A stretch of 64,000 bases of DNA from IMG/VR virus record IMGVR_UViG_3300008117_007749. One strand, given 5' to 3'. Origin of the DNA: a virus. A program made the translations under genes and the position numbers. The notes beneath the pieces were generated by a model. It saw only the letters and a list, made by a program, of their open reading frames with translations, had not been told where the DNA came from and did no database searches. Of this stretch, positions 46,470 to 57,339 are shown one piece after another; positions within the stretch are counted from its first letter, which is position 1; each line of letters starts with the position of its first letter.

Positions 46470-49400
46470 TTATATTTCTATCCAAGTATTATCAGGACAG
46501 AAAAATATTACAGTTCTACTAATAGCAAATCCAACAATTCTAATTACATCATTTGCAGCAGTCGGAGCTGTGTTTGAAAGAGCTCCAGCCGTAGAATTTA
46601 GATAGACAGCAGAAGCCGTAGCAAAGGTCCAAGAGTCGTTTCTAACATATCCTCTTAGTAACATACCAGACGCTACCGTATTACCCAAAGCTATAGCTAA
46701 CATACCAGTCGAAGTTGCAACTCCGTTAGAATCACTTAGAGACCAAGCACTACCAGAAGTAAAATAATAACAACTAAATGTAACACCACCTCCTGAACCA
46801 AACGTGACCACGTCTCCGTAACCACCTGAAGTAGATAATTCAGTAGTTGGATTATGTGTAAAGTCATAAGAACCGATAACATTCAAGTCTCCACTAACAT
46901 TTAGCAAAGAACCATCAAAAGTTAAATTAGATTCAACAGTAGCATTCGATCCACTTCCATCATAAGTTATGACACCATTCGTGGTGGCTCCTGTGAGACT
47001 TAAGGTTCCATTTGCCCCAGAAGAACCGGATGTACCAGATGTTCCTCTGGTCCCAGAAGAACCGGATGTACCAGATGTTCCGTTAGCACCATTTGCACCA
47101 GAAGAGCCGGATGTACCAGATGTTCCGTTAGCACCATTTGCACCAGAAGAGCCGGATGTACCAGATGTTCCGTTAGCACCATTTGCACCAGAAGATCCGG
47201 ATGTACCAGATGTTCCGTTAGCACCATTTGCACCAGAAGATCCGGATGTACCAGATGTTCCGTTAGCACCATTTGCACCAGAAGAGCCGGATGTACCAGA
47301 TGTTCCGTTAGCACCGGAAGTTCCACTAGTTCCTCTTGTACCGGATGTACCACTTGTTCCTGTAGTTCCGCTTGTTCCAGATGTTCCATTAGCACCGGAA
47401 GTTCCACTAGTTCCTCTTGTACCGGATGTACCACTTGTTCCTGTAGTTCCGCTTGTTCCAGATGTTCCATCACCTTTATCACCAGTTCTATAGAAAGTTA
47501 TAGAACATTGTTCAGTGTCAGTAGGAGTACTTCCGGATAAGTAAGTAACTGATAGAATATTCCAACCTAAATTATCAGTAAGAGCAGTAAGTTGGAAATT
47601 ACAAATAGTGGTATCTGAATTGGAGTTTGATTTTATTTCAATTACTCCCTTCACATTACTAGTGCTATTATCCCATGAAGTTATATAACTTGCAAAACTT
47701 ACCGAATTAACATCCAAATCGTCAATGTAAATCTCAGTAGTACCACTAGCAGCGGCATTATTAAATTTAAACAAACCTGTTCCTGGATCAGAAGAAGCTG
47801 TGCTAATAGCATCAAAGTTATATCTTATACCAGCTGACTCACCTTGTTGTCCTGATGTACCTGATGTACCTGATGTACCACGAGTTCCTGATGTACCACT
47901 TGTTCCAGAAGTCGCGGATGTACCACTTGTTCCAGAAGTCGCGGATGTACCAGATGTACCGGACGTACCATTAGCCCCGGATGTACCAGAAGTAGCAGAC
48001 GTACCAGACGTTCCTGATGTGCCGTTTTGACCAGATGATCCTGATGTTCCAGAAGTAGCGGATGTACCACTTGTTCCAGATGTACCATTGACTCCGGATG
48101 TACCAGAAGTAGCAGACGTACCAGATGTACCGGAAGTACCATTAACTCCGGACGTACCAGAAGTAGCAGAAGTACCGGATGTACCAGATGTACCGTTTTG
48201 ACCAGACGAACCACTTGTTCCAGATGTCGCGGATGTACCACTTGTTCCAGATGTCGCGGATGTACCACTTGTTCCGGAAGTCGCGGATGTACCACTTGTT
48301 CCAGATGTCGCGGATGTACCACTTGTTCCAGATGTACCCGCTACACTAACAGAAGAAGTCCAGGATGCTAATCCATTAGCATCGGAAACTAAAAGGTAAC
48401 CGGATGCGGCTCCGTTTGAAATTTGAATCTGAGAAGTTGTAAGTCCAGAAAGTCTTAGATTAGAATAATTTACTATACCTATATTACCAATAACCGTATG
48501 ATCATCATTTGTTCCTATTAAAGCAAAGGTATCATCTGACTCATCCCAGATAAATGCCTGTGTTAGACCAGTACCTCTAACAAACATAATACCTTCGTCT
48601 AAAACCGGTGATCCAGATTGACTATGACCTAAAGCAATTATTGTATCAGATACCACTAATGAACTAGTGTTTATTGAAGAAAATGAACCAGAAACAGAAA
48701 ATGTTCCATTTACAAATAGGTTTCCTTGTATATTTAATGTAGAACCGTCAAATGTTAAATTTGTTTCAGCTACTGCAGAATTTGAAGAACCATCCGAAGT
48801 AAGTATTCTATTATTTGACGGGTTACTAATTGTAGTAAATCCTGCACCACTTGTTCCTGAAGTACCTGAGGACCCATTCAATCCGGATGTTCCAGATGTA
48901 GCAGACGAACCAGATGTACCGGATGTTGCGGATGTACCAGATGTACCGGATGTACCACTAGTCCCCGAAACCCCAGTACCACCAGATGTACCACTTGAAC
49001 CATTATTACCAGAAGTTCCAGAAGTTCCAGATGTACCATTCAATCCAGATGTACCACTCGTAGCGGATGTTCCAGAAGTACCACTACTACCAGTATTACC
49101 AGAGGTACCACTTGTAGCAGAAGTTCCGGATGTTCCGGATGTTCCTGATGACCCGTTATTTCCAGATGAACCGGATGTACCAGATGTACCAGATGTACCA
49201 CTAGATCCATTTTGACCTGATGTACCAGATGTTGCGGATGTGCCACTAGTTCCAGAAGTAGCAGATGTACCGGAGGTAGCAGATGTACCGGAAGTACCGG
49301 ATGTACCACTTGTACCAGTATCACCAGATGTTCCCGAAGTAGCAGATGTTCCAGACGTACCGGAAGTACCGGAAGTACCGGATGTGCCAGTACTTCCAGA

Positions 49401-49754
49401 AGTACCTGCAGTACCAGAAGTTCCAGCAGTTATAGTATCAACAGAAATTAACCAATTGGAACCATTACTTTGAACAGTGATTGATTGATTCTGTGTTAAA
49501 TTTTTTGTAGAACTACCATCTATGGTCTGAGAGGAAGTTGTATCAACAGTTATTGTACCAGAACCACTGTTTTTAACAACATATATTTTTCCGGCCACAC
49601 CAACAGCTGTTGGTAAAGTAACATTAAAGGTTCCTGAACAATCTACAAAGTAATCACTATCTAAGATAGTATAAGTTGTATTGTTAGAAACATATGGGAA
49701 AGTTACACCTCCCAGTGATATTATTCCTCTACGGGTTATAAATTCATTAGCCAT
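46470..49754 (-). CDS. Fibre protein with three (Gly-Thr-Ser)n tracts
   Basis: 1094 aa; GTS/ATS triplet blocks separated by globular modules; late promoter upstream. Confidence 0.8.
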   Translation of the reverse strand: MANEFITRRGIISLGGVTFPYVSNNTTYTILDSDYFVDCSGTFNVTLPTAVGVAGKIYVVKNSGSGTITVDTTSSQTIDGSSTKNLTQNQSITVQSNGSNWLISVDTITAGTSGTAGTSGSTGTSGTSGTSGTSGTSATSGTSGDTGTSGTSGTSGTSATSGTSATSGTSGTSATSGTSGQNGSSGTSGTSGTSGSSGNNGSSGTSGTSGTSATSGTSGNTGSSGTSGTSATSGTSGLNGTSGTSGTSGNNGSSGTSGGTGVSGTSGTSGTSGTSATSGTSGSSATSGTSGLNGSSGTSGTSGAGFTTISNPSNNRILTSDGSSNSAVAETNLTFDGSTLNIQGNLFVNGTFSVSGSFSSINTSSLVVSDTIIALGHSQSGSPVLDEGIMFVRGTGLTQAFIWDESDDTFALIGTNDDHTVIGNIGIVNYSNLRLSGLTTSQIQISNGAASGYLLVSDANGLASWTSSVSVAGTSGTSGTSATSGTSGTSATSGTSGTSATSGTSGTSATSGTSGSSGQNGTSGTSGTSATSGTSGVNGTSGTSGTSATSGTSGVNGTSGTSGTSATSGTSGSSGQNGTSGTSGTSATSGTSGANGTSGTSGTSATSGTSGTSATSGTSGTSGTRGTSGTSGTSGQQGESAGIRYNFDAISTASSDPGTGLFKFNNAAASGTTEIYIDDLDVNSVSFASYITSWDNSTSNVKGVIEIKSNSNSDTTICNFQLTALTDNLGWNILSVTYLSGSTPTDTEQCSITFYRTGDKGDGTSGTSGTTGTSGTSGTRGTSGTSGANGTSGTSGTTGTSGTSGTRGTSGTSGANGTSGTSGSSGANGANGTSGTSGSSGANGANGTSGTSGSSGANGANGTSGTSGSSGANGANGTSGTSGSSGANGANGTSGTSGSSGTRGTSGTSGSSGANGTLSLTGATTNGVITYDGSGSNATVESNLTFDGSLLNVSGDLNVIGSYDFTHNPTTELSTSGGYGDVVTFGSGGGVTFSCYYFTSGSAWSLSDSNGVATSTGMLAIALGNTVASGMLLRGYVRNDSWTFATASAVYLNSTAGALSNTAPTAANDVIRIVGFAISRTVIFFCPDNTWIEI
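47005..47470 (-). repeat. GTS / [12 protein letters not shown] coding repeat block
   Basis: 9-nt periodicity with 45-nt higher-order units. Confidence 0.9.
47850..48340 (-). repeat. GTS/ATS coding repeat block
   Basis: 9-nt and 27-nt periodicity. Confidence 0.9.
48847..49430 (-). repeat. GTS/ATS coding repeat block
   Basis: 9-nt periodicity. Confidence 0.9.
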
Positions 49755-49833
49755 TTAAATAGTTCTTTTTTCACTTTCCAAAAGAAGTCAAAGTATATAT
49801 TAAAAACTTTAACTCAAAAATTAAAAAATAAAT

Positions 49834-50637
49834 TTAAATAGCTCTAATTAATGTTTTAACTCCCCAAGTTGATGTTGAAGATAAAGCTTGCAGAACAGCA
49901 TAAGTACCAGATATAACAAAAGAAAAAGTAAATCCAGTCGTTGTTCCTAAATCCACTGTTGAAACATCAGTGTAAGTTATAGAGTTACCTTGCCAAACAG
50001 CCGTCAAACTACCAGCTCTTAAATTTGATCCACTACTAACATTATAGTCAATATGTGCACTTGTATAAGAAGCTGTCGCAAACGAATATATCGAAACAGT
50101 ATTTGAGACAGTAGCTGTTGTAAGTTTAGATGTATATAAAGCCTGTACTCCTGATTCACCAATTAAAGCTGAATTATTAATTGAAAGTGATAAACCATCA
50201 AATGTCATATTTGACTCAACAATAGCATTCGGAACCGAACCATTAAGTGTAATGATACCATTATTGGTTGTTCCTGTAAGCGAAAGAAGACCAGATGTCC
50301 CACTAGTTCCAGAAGTACCGGACGTGCCATCAGTTCCAGAAGTACCGGACGTGCCATCAGTTCCAGAGGTCCCGGACGTGCCATCAGTTCCAGAGGTTCC
50401 GGACGTGCCATCAGTTCCGGAAGTACCAGATGTGCCGTCAGTTCCAGAAGTACCGGACGTACCATCAGTTCCAGAGGTTCCGGACGTACCATCAGTTCCA
50501 GAAGTACCGGACGTGCCATCAGTTCCAGAAGTACCGGATGTTCCCGATACCCCATCAAGACCATTTAATAAAATCCAATCATTAAGTGAAGATGGAACAT
50601 TATTATTATTATTTGCAGTGGATTGATAAGAAAACAA
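49834..50637 (-). CDS. C-terminal portion of a GTS fibre protein, out of frame with 50565-53324
   Basis: TTG start with no promoter; continues the GTSGTD repeats of the upstream ORF. Confidence 0.6.
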   Translation of the reverse strand: MFSYQSTANNNNNVPSSLNDWILLNGLDGVSGTSGTSGTDGTSGTSGTDGTSGTSGTDGTSGTSGTDGTSGTSGTDGTSGTSGTDGTSGTSGTDGTSGTSGTDGTSGTSGTSGTSGLLSLTGTTNNGIITLNGSVPNAIVESNMTFDGLSLSINNSALIGESGVQALYTSKLTTATVSNTVSIYSFATASYTSAHIDYNVSSGSNLRAGSLTAVWQGNSITYTDVSTVDLGTTTGFTFSFVISGTYAVLQALSSTSTWGVKTLIRAI

Positions 50638-50820
50638 ACCATCAATACAGTTCCAGAAGTACCAGAAGTACCGGACGTACCATCAGTTCCAGAAGTACCG
50701 GACGTGCCATCAGTTCCAGAAGTACCAGAAGTACCGGACGTGCCATCAGTTCCAGAAGTACCAGAAGTACCAGATGTGCCGTCAGTTCCGGAAGTACCAG
50801 ATGTACCGTCAGTTCCATTA
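50292..50820 (-). repeat. GTSGTSGTD 27-nt coding repeats on both sides of the frame break
   Basis: Visible at about 50292-50550 and 50650-50820. Confidence 0.85.
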
Positions 50821-53324
50821 TTTCCTGTCGATCCAGTAGGACCAACAAGAGAACTAACTTCCCATCTACTATTTAAATCATTCCATGCTAAAACTTGACC
50901 ATTCGAAGGAGTTCCGGATATATAAACATCATGTATTTCATTCAATTCATAACCATTTTGAGGTTTTACAAATAATTCTCCGTTTCCATTATTTGCTCTC
51001 AAAACAACACCAACAAATACCAAGTGTTGAGGAGCCTGAGCTTTATATGTTGTGAAAGTTCCTGCAGTTGCGCCCAACCAAACAACATCACCAGTGGAAT
51101 AAGAACCTAAATTCAAATTAGTTAAAACTCCTTGTGTAATACAATATCCAATTTGACTTGACAAAATATTCTCAGCCACAATACCTAACGTCTTAGCTGA
51201 TGTAGCATCACTTAGATTGAAAGCTCTTTTGACTTTTATTTTATCACCTTGCGCCCCCGAAATATAAACAACTTCACCTTTTACCAAAGTGTCTACTTCA
51301 CCGTTAAAAACTTGAGCATATTGAGCTTGACCAACAGGAACATTTACATTACCTCCTGTAAGACCTACATTAAGAGTTCCATAGTCACTATTCCAACTTA
51401 TTCTACCCGGTAGTTGCACTACAGCATCTTGTCTAAAATCAATATAATCAACATATCCACCTGAAAAAGTAGCAAATGTTAGATTAGCGTATGTAAAATT
51501 TCCCTGCGATGCAGTAATTCTATTTAATCTTAAATCAGAATATCCTGATATGTTAACATTACCAGTAACAGTTGAAGGATCATTAGTAGATATAAGAGCA
51601 AATTCGTCACTAGACTCATCCCAAATAAAAGACTGTGTTTGACTTGAACCTCTGTTTATAAATAAACCAGAATCCAAAGTAGGTGTTCCTGTTTGTGTTC
51701 CAGCTAAAAGTATAATAGGGTCCTGAACAAATAAGTTTTGAGTATTTATAACAGATGACGTTCCTGATACAGTAAAACTTCCAGTAACAACTAAGTCACC
51801 ATATACAGATAAAGTATCACCATCAAATGTTAAATTAGATTCAACAGTCGCATTTGGAGCAGAACCATTTAAAGTAATAACACCATTATCTGTAGAACCA
51901 GTCAAAGAAAGTAATCCGGATGTTCCGGAAGTACCAGAGGTTCCATCAGTACCGGAAGTACCAGAGGTTCCATCAGTACCGGAAGTACCAGAGGTTCCAT
52001 CAGTACCGGAAGTACCAGAGGTTCCATCAGTACCGGAAGTACCAGAGGTTCCAGTACCGGAAGTACCAGAGGTTCCATCAGTACCAGAGGTTCCAGAAGT
52101 ACCTGAAACACCACTACCAGATGCGCTAATTAAAACGTCAATTCTTGAATTTAAACTAGAATCAGTTACCGTTACAGTTGATCCACTTCCTGATATAAAA
52201 TTTATTACGCTTCTACTACCAACTAAAACACCATTTGATTGAACAGAAATACTCGTATTAGCAACCGGAGTACCAATACCACCAACCAAATACACTTCGT
52301 CCAACAATGCTTCAACATAGTTAGCTGAAGGATTTCCTGAAAATCCTATCAATATATTATTGACATTATTTGAACCACCATTTGACGTTAAAGCATTTAC
52401 CGCGGAACCAAAATAACTTAAAGGCAAAACACATAGTTGCCAAGTTCCTGTAGTTGTTCTAGAAACACCACCATTAGTGAACGGATAAGCATAGGATCCA
52501 ACATTTGTATTTCCATTTCTCCATATCACTCTCATAGTCTTTGTATTAAGAACCGCGGAAGGAAAATAAACTCTAAAGACTAAATAGGAATAATCTTTTA
52601 ATAAAATAGATGAGTTGTTGGTCCACTTAACAGATGTTGTTTTATTCAATATCACTCTTGTTGAATAGGTACCTTGAAAAGGTACAATTCCCGTATATTG
52701 AAAATCGACAGAACTTGTACCTAAAGAAGTACTGAATGTTCCACCAGTCCAATAATCATCGTCTTGATAAATATACTCTGAAGATGTAACACCAGAAACA
52801 GGAACTGTTGAATTTTCAGAGATACTAACATATTGTACTAATAGTTGTTCATCAGGTATTGAAGGAGTAACTGGATCAGGCGTAGCATCTCCTTGTAAAA
52901 CACTAATCAATCCTTCCTCATCAACAACAATCGCGTCAAATCTTGAATAAGTCGGGTCTCCGTCACTAAGAGACACTGAAGTAGGACCAGCTGTTAAAAT
53001 TGGCCCTGTAAAAGTATACTGTAAAGTACTAACTGAAAAAGTTAAACCAACTCCACTCCATATCGCACCTCCTGATAATAACTGTTTCGTAAAGGGAATT
53101 TGAGTTTGTTGCCAAGTTGCATTTCCAAAAGAATCTGATGTTAAAACATAACCAGGTAATTGATTACCGTCAATAAATTGAAGAGAACCATCTACTATTA
53201 GTTTATTAGAACTATGTTCCCAACGTAAATTGTCAAAGTTTTCACTAACAACACTGTTAGTGCCCAGAAAAAGTATAGAACCTTGAGAAGCTCCTCTTAT
53301 TTGTTTAGTTTTTATTTGAGCCAT
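50565..53324 (-). CDS. Fibre protein with GTS/GTD tracts (N-terminal portion)
   Basis: 919 aa; the last ~28 codons ([10 protein letters not shown]...) look out of frame. Confidence 0.75.
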   Translation of the reverse strand: MAQIKTKQIRGASQGSILFLGTNSVVSENFDNLRWEHSSNKLIVDGSLQFIDGNQLPGYVLTSDSFGNATWQQTQIPFTKQLLSGGAIWSGVGLTFSVSTLQYTFTGPILTAGPTSVSLSDGDPTYSRFDAIVVDEEGLISVLQGDATPDPVTPSIPDEQLLVQYVSISENSTVPVSGVTSSEYIYQDDDYWTGGTFSTSLGTSSVDFQYTGIVPFQGTYSTRVILNKTTSVKWTNNSSILLKDYSYLVFRVYFPSAVLNTKTMRVIWRNGNTNVGSYAYPFTNGGVSRTTTGTWQLCVLPLSYFGSAVNALTSNGGSNNVNNILIGFSGNPSANYVEALLDEVYLVGGIGTPVANTSISVQSNGVLVGSRSVINFISGSGSTVTVTDSSLNSRIDVLISASGSGVSGTSGTSGTDGTSGTSGTGTSGTSGTDGTSGTSGTDGTSGTSGTDGTSGTSGTDGTSGTSGTSGLLSLTGSTDNGVITLNGSAPNATVESNLTFDGDTLSVYGDLVVTGSFTVSGTSSVINTQNLFVQDPIILLAGTQTGTPTLDSGLFINRGSSQTQSFIWDESSDEFALISTNDPSTVTGNVNISGYSDLRLNRITASQGNFTYANLTFATFSGGYVDYIDFRQDAVVQLPGRISWNSDYGTLNVGLTGGNVNVPVGQAQYAQVFNGEVDTLVKGEVVYISGAQGDKIKVKRAFNLSDATSAKTLGIVAENILSSQIGYCITQGVLTNLNLGSYSTGDVVWLGATAGTFTTYKAQAPQHLVFVGVVLRANNGNGELFVKPQNGYELNEIHDVYISGTPSNGQVLAWNDLNSRWEVSSLVGPTGSTGNNGTDGTSGTSGTDGTSGTSGTSGTDGTSGTSGTSGTDGTSGTSGTDGTSGTSGTSGTVLMVCFLINPLQIIIIMFHLHLMIGFY

Positions 53325-53401
53325 TAATGACTAAATTTTTTTTATCTTTCTTATATATTAAATTGAAATTGCCTATTTTGAAAAACCGACTTAAACCAAA
53401 C

Positions 53402-53433
53402 AAAAAAAGACCTTAAAGTAAGGTCTTTTTTTT
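53402..53433 (-). terminator. Intrinsic terminator
   Basis: AAAAAAAGACCTTA-aag-TAAGGTCTTTTTTTT. Confidence 0.8.
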
Positions 53434-53448
53434 GTTTGAATTTTATAA

Positions 53449-55674
53449 TTAAACCTCATAAACTATTTCAATAATATCGGTGGATGATAAATCAAATCCA
53501 GCCACTGTTCCATTCCAATAAAGTTGATCTCCAGATATCAAATTATTAAGAGCAATCGGTGTTGATGGAGCAGTTCCAAAATAACAGTCTTTTGTTGCAA
53601 CATTATCTCCTAATCTTTGTTTCTGACCATTAACATAGACTTCAATTCTAGAATAATCATTTGGTGTTGAACTTAAAGTAACTCCTGTTACAATTGCATC
53701 ATCACCAGTAGTTAATACAGCAACAAACTCGTTATATACAGGCTGTGATGAACCAGAGACTACCGACAATACTCCAGCAGAGAAAGTCAGACCCGTACCA
53801 GCAATTGTTGGAGAAACATCTAAAGTAATAAATCCTGAGGTACCTCCTCCTGATAATCCATTACCTGCAGTCACACCAGTGATAAAATCAGCGTTTATCA
53901 CAGCAACCGCATCATCTACATACTTTTTTGTAATTAAAGAGTTATTTACAAATGTAGATGAGTAATCAGATGTATAAACCAAACCTTGAAGACTTGATGT
54001 TGTAATAGAACCGGTTGCAGTAGATACTGTAAATTCATTCGTTGAAATGATATCCACACTTCCGGTAGCAAATAATGTCACATCACCACCATAAAGATCA
54101 ATAGTTCCTCCGTTACCAGCATCTACTAAGAATAATCCATTATCCAATTGAATATCAATAACCGAACCAGTAAGAGTTAATATGTCAAAGTCTTGAATAG
54201 TTAAATCATAATTAGATCCACTAATTGTAGTGTTTTGTGAAAAAGTTCCACCCAATCCAATTACACCTGGACTTAATTCTTGTATTCCGTTATCCGTGCC
54301 AACATTGGATGTCACACTATCAACATATTGTTTTGTAACAAGTGAATTATCCGTAAAACTACCAGTATAATCACCTGCATAAACCGCTCCTTTTCCTAGT
54401 GTGTCTGTAATTACTATTCTATTATCGGTAGATCCGTCACTAACACTAATAGTTGATGTATTTATTTCAATCTGAAACTGAGAACCAACATTTGGATCAG
54501 TAGAAAGAAGTTTAATTTGTCCTTGATTCACAGCAACGAATGAATACGTACCACCAGCATACGTAGATGATAATTCAACACCGTAACCTGATTGTGCATT
54601 AAGATCTAAAGTTGTGGTGTAATCTCCATTAAAATTATCTAAATGTAAAGTACCAACTCCAGTAACTCCTAAGTTAATATTATTTGCATCTGATAAACTA
54701 AAATCATTTCCATTTGCTTCTATTGTAGTATTCTGTGAGAGTGTTCCTCCCAATTGAACTGTGTCAGAAATAATTTCTAATCCATTACCAATATTAACAG
54801 AAAGCGTTCCACCATTTTCTGATAAACCATCACCAGCTAGTGATGTTGCAAATCCAGTATCAATACTTATCTGTGTTCCATTTTGTGTAAGTCCTGTTCC
54901 TGTAATTGTAACATAATCTAAAGAAACCGTTGCGCCGTCTTTAACAAGTCCTGTTCCTGTATTCAACAGAATTGACACCTCAGAACCAGAAATACCAGCT
55001 GACCACAAATCGGTCGATTCGTTCCAGATTAAAGAAGCAGATGGCTCACTTCCTCTTATAACATCAATACCAGAATTTAGTATCGGAGAACCGGACCAAG
55101 TTGCGTTTAGTGTAATAATATTATCTTCAACTAGTACAGTTTGAGTTTGTATATATGATACTGTTCCATTTACATAAAAGTCACCATTTACAGTAACTGT
55201 ATCTTGGAAAGTTCTGTTACCCACAATCGTATCTTTTAATCTCAGAACATCACCTACTATCTCTAAAGAGTCAGCATTCACATTCACATCCAAAGTTGAA
55301 CCATTAGCAGTAAGTCCATTTCCAGCTATAGAAGAATCTAAAATAATATCATCTCCTGAAAAAGTTAATCCACTATTAACACCTAAATTAACATCTAAAG
55401 TGATGTAAGCAGAAGTTCCACCTCCCGATAGACCATTTCCAGCGGTAACTCCAGCTATCGAACCGGAACCTAATAATGAAACAGCATCATCTACATATTT
55501 TTTATTAGCAACATCCTCATCCGTGTTGATATTTACAGATGCTTGAGTGATCGACGATCCAGTTGCAAAACTCATAGTCGCGGAAGCTGTAAATGTCACT
55601 AAACCACTATATCCCTTAAGCTTATCTAATGAGACTGATTGAATTTTTAATTGTTTTCCATCTAATTGAGCCAT
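53449..55674 (-). CDS. Fibre/decoration-like structural protein
   Basis: Repeated VTAGNGLSGGGTS, AGxGL and (N/T)K(K/Q)YVD motifs typical of phage fibres. Confidence 0.7.
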   Translation of the reverse strand: MAQLDGKQLKIQSVSLDKLKGYSGLVTFTASATMSFATGSSITQASVNINTDEDVANKKYVDDAVSLLGSGSIAGVTAGNGLSGGGTSAYITLDVNLGVNSGLTFSGDDIILDSSIAGNGLTANGSTLDVNVNADSLEIVGDVLRLKDTIVGNRTFQDTVTVNGDFYVNGTVSYIQTQTVLVEDNIITLNATWSGSPILNSGIDVIRGSEPSASLIWNESTDLWSAGISGSEVSILLNTGTGLVKDGATVSLDYVTITGTGLTQNGTQISIDTGFATSLAGDGLSENGGTLSVNIGNGLEIISDTVQLGGTLSQNTTIEANGNDFSLSDANNINLGVTGVGTLHLDNFNGDYTTTLDLNAQSGYGVELSSTYAGGTYSFVAVNQGQIKLLSTDPNVGSQFQIEINTSTISVSDGSTDNRIVITDTLGKGAVYAGDYTGSFTDNSLVTKQYVDSVTSNVGTDNGIQELSPGVIGLGGTFSQNTTISGSNYDLTIQDFDILTLTGSVIDIQLDNGLFLVDAGNGGTIDLYGGDVTLFATGSVDIISTNEFTVSTATGSITTSSLQGLVYTSDYSSTFVNNSLITKKYVDDAVAVINADFITGVTAGNGLSGGGTSGFITLDVSPTIAGTGLTFSAGVLSVVSGSSQPVYNEFVAVLTTGDDAIVTGVTLSSTPNDYSRIEVYVNGQKQRLGDNVATKDCYFGTAPSTPIALNNLISGDQLYWNGTVAGFDLSSTDIIEIVYEV

Positions 55675-55718
55675 ATTTTAGTTTCTTTTTTTTATTTTAT
55701 TATATATTAATTTTAAAT

Positions 55719-57320
55719 TTAAATTCTTTCATAAATCATATCGATTGAGTCTAATGATATTAGATCGAATCCAGAGTTGAATCCATTCCAATAGAGCTCA
55801 TCACCTAAATCAACAGAGAATATTGTTTTTGCGGTTAATCCCCCATCATTCGAAAAATAACAATCAACATTAGAAGCTGTGGAATTTTGACCATCACCTA
55901 AATTTTGTAATTGACCATTAACATAAATGGATAATCTTGAATAATCATTTGGACTATAGTTTATTGTCAAACCAGTAGGTTGAAAATTCTGACCAATCAA
56001 TGTACCTAATGGAGATAAATTAATTTGAGAATACTCAGGTTGTGCTAATGCTGAGCTTGGTACCCATTGAAAATAACCCATTGAATCCACTGATAAAAAA
56101 TAACCAGCGGTCGCTCCCCCATTACTACCTGAATCCAATTTAAACGTGTTAATTGATGAGTTCTTAACTTCAGCTGAAACCGAAGGACCAAAGATTGTAT
56201 TAGATTGTGAAAAGGAAATAGTATTAGTGTCATTAAATGATGTGGTCATTCCACTACCTGAAAAATTAATTAAAGATAATTGTCCATAATTTGAAAATGT
56301 ACCACCACTCAAAATCATTGATCCATTTGCTATAACAACTTGACCATAATTAACAAGTGTTCCTTGTATAGTTAAGTCAGAATAAACCCAATATTGATAG
56401 TATGGCGGTACTACGATATAATCGTTTGGTTCCACTAAATACTTTACACTAAAAATATCATCATTTGTGTAAGGTCTTGATAATTGAAAATAAGTACCAT
56501 CAAAACAAACATTATAAATTAATGTTGTATCAATTTCATTAGGATTAAAATTGGATAGTCCGCTAGCAGATGGCCTTTTTACCAGTACCTCACCCAATCC
56601 GTTTATATTTAGCGAAACAGTCAATCCAATATTCGAGGTAGCAAACTGTGTCAAAAATAACACATCAGGATAATACTGATCTATAGAAGGTGTCATAGTA
56701 ACAGAATAGGATAAACCATTCGCAGTTGTAGCTACTATTGATCTAATTTGATTTAATTTTTCTTTAACCCAAGCACCTGTTGGGAAAACACCTTCATATC
56801 TATAAATTGAATTATCTTCATCATCGACTCTTACCGACATCCCATCCGTAGGAGTTGTCTGAATCCATTGATTAGTGACTGAATTCCATTCAACAACTTT
56901 ATCAGGTTGAAAAGAAGACCAATTAATTCCAGAAGGAGCATTTCCTAATAAGTATCTATCCCCTGAAGAAGGAGTAGGTTCTATATTTGAAATAGAAAGT
57001 ACAGAGTCAATCCATTCATTTCCACCACCTCCAGAAACACCTCCAGAAAATTCTTTCCAATTTGAATCATCTAAAATGTTAGTAGAAACATAATTATATG
57101 TTAATTGATAAGTTTTATTATTAGACGGAGTTGGATCACTATAAACAGTAACCATCATACCCCATTCTCTTCTTTCAAATATAATAGAATTTCTCTCTGC
57201 GATTGTAGCATAAGAATGAAGACCCCCTTTAATCTCTGAAGCATAAGCAGTAGCAATAGTATCCAGACTATCTACTGGTCTTATTGCTGCTGAAATTAAT
57301 GTTCCTGTATTTAATGCCAT
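55719..57320 (-). CDS. Structural protein with a DUF2793-like segment
   Basis: GDRYLLGNAPSGINW...WIQTTPTDGM; C-terminal domain paralogous to 53449-55674. Confidence 0.6.
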   Translation of the reverse strand: MALNTGTLISAAIRPVDSLDTIATAYASEIKGGLHSYATIAERNSIIFERREWGMMVTVYSDPTPSNNKTYQLTYNYVSTNILDDSNWKEFSGGVSGGGGNEWIDSVLSISNIEPTPSSGDRYLLGNAPSGINWSSFQPDKVVEWNSVTNQWIQTTPTDGMSVRVDDEDNSIYRYEGVFPTGAWVKEKLNQIRSIVATTANGLSYSVTMTPSIDQYYPDVLFLTQFATSNIGLTVSLNINGLGEVLVKRPSASGLSNFNPNEIDTTLIYNVCFDGTYFQLSRPYTNDDIFSVKYLVEPNDYIVVPPYYQYWVYSDLTIQGTLVNYGQVVIANGSMILSGGTFSNYGQLSLINFSGSGMTTSFNDTNTISFSQSNTIFGPSVSAEVKNSSINTFKLDSGSNGGATAGYFLSVDSMGYFQWVPSSALAQPEYSQINLSPLGTLIGQNFQPTGLTINYSPNDYSRLSIYVNGQLQNLGDGQNSTASNVDCYFSNDGGLTAKTIFSVDLGDELYWNGFNSGFDLISLDSIDMIYERI

Positions 57321-57339
57321 CTAATTTTTATTTATATTT

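Noticed and set aside
46969-52129. ORFs rich in [15 protein letters not shown] or FHQYRKYQ on other frames and strands
   Set aside because: Shadow frames of the GTS repeat DNA, open only because the repeat lacks stops
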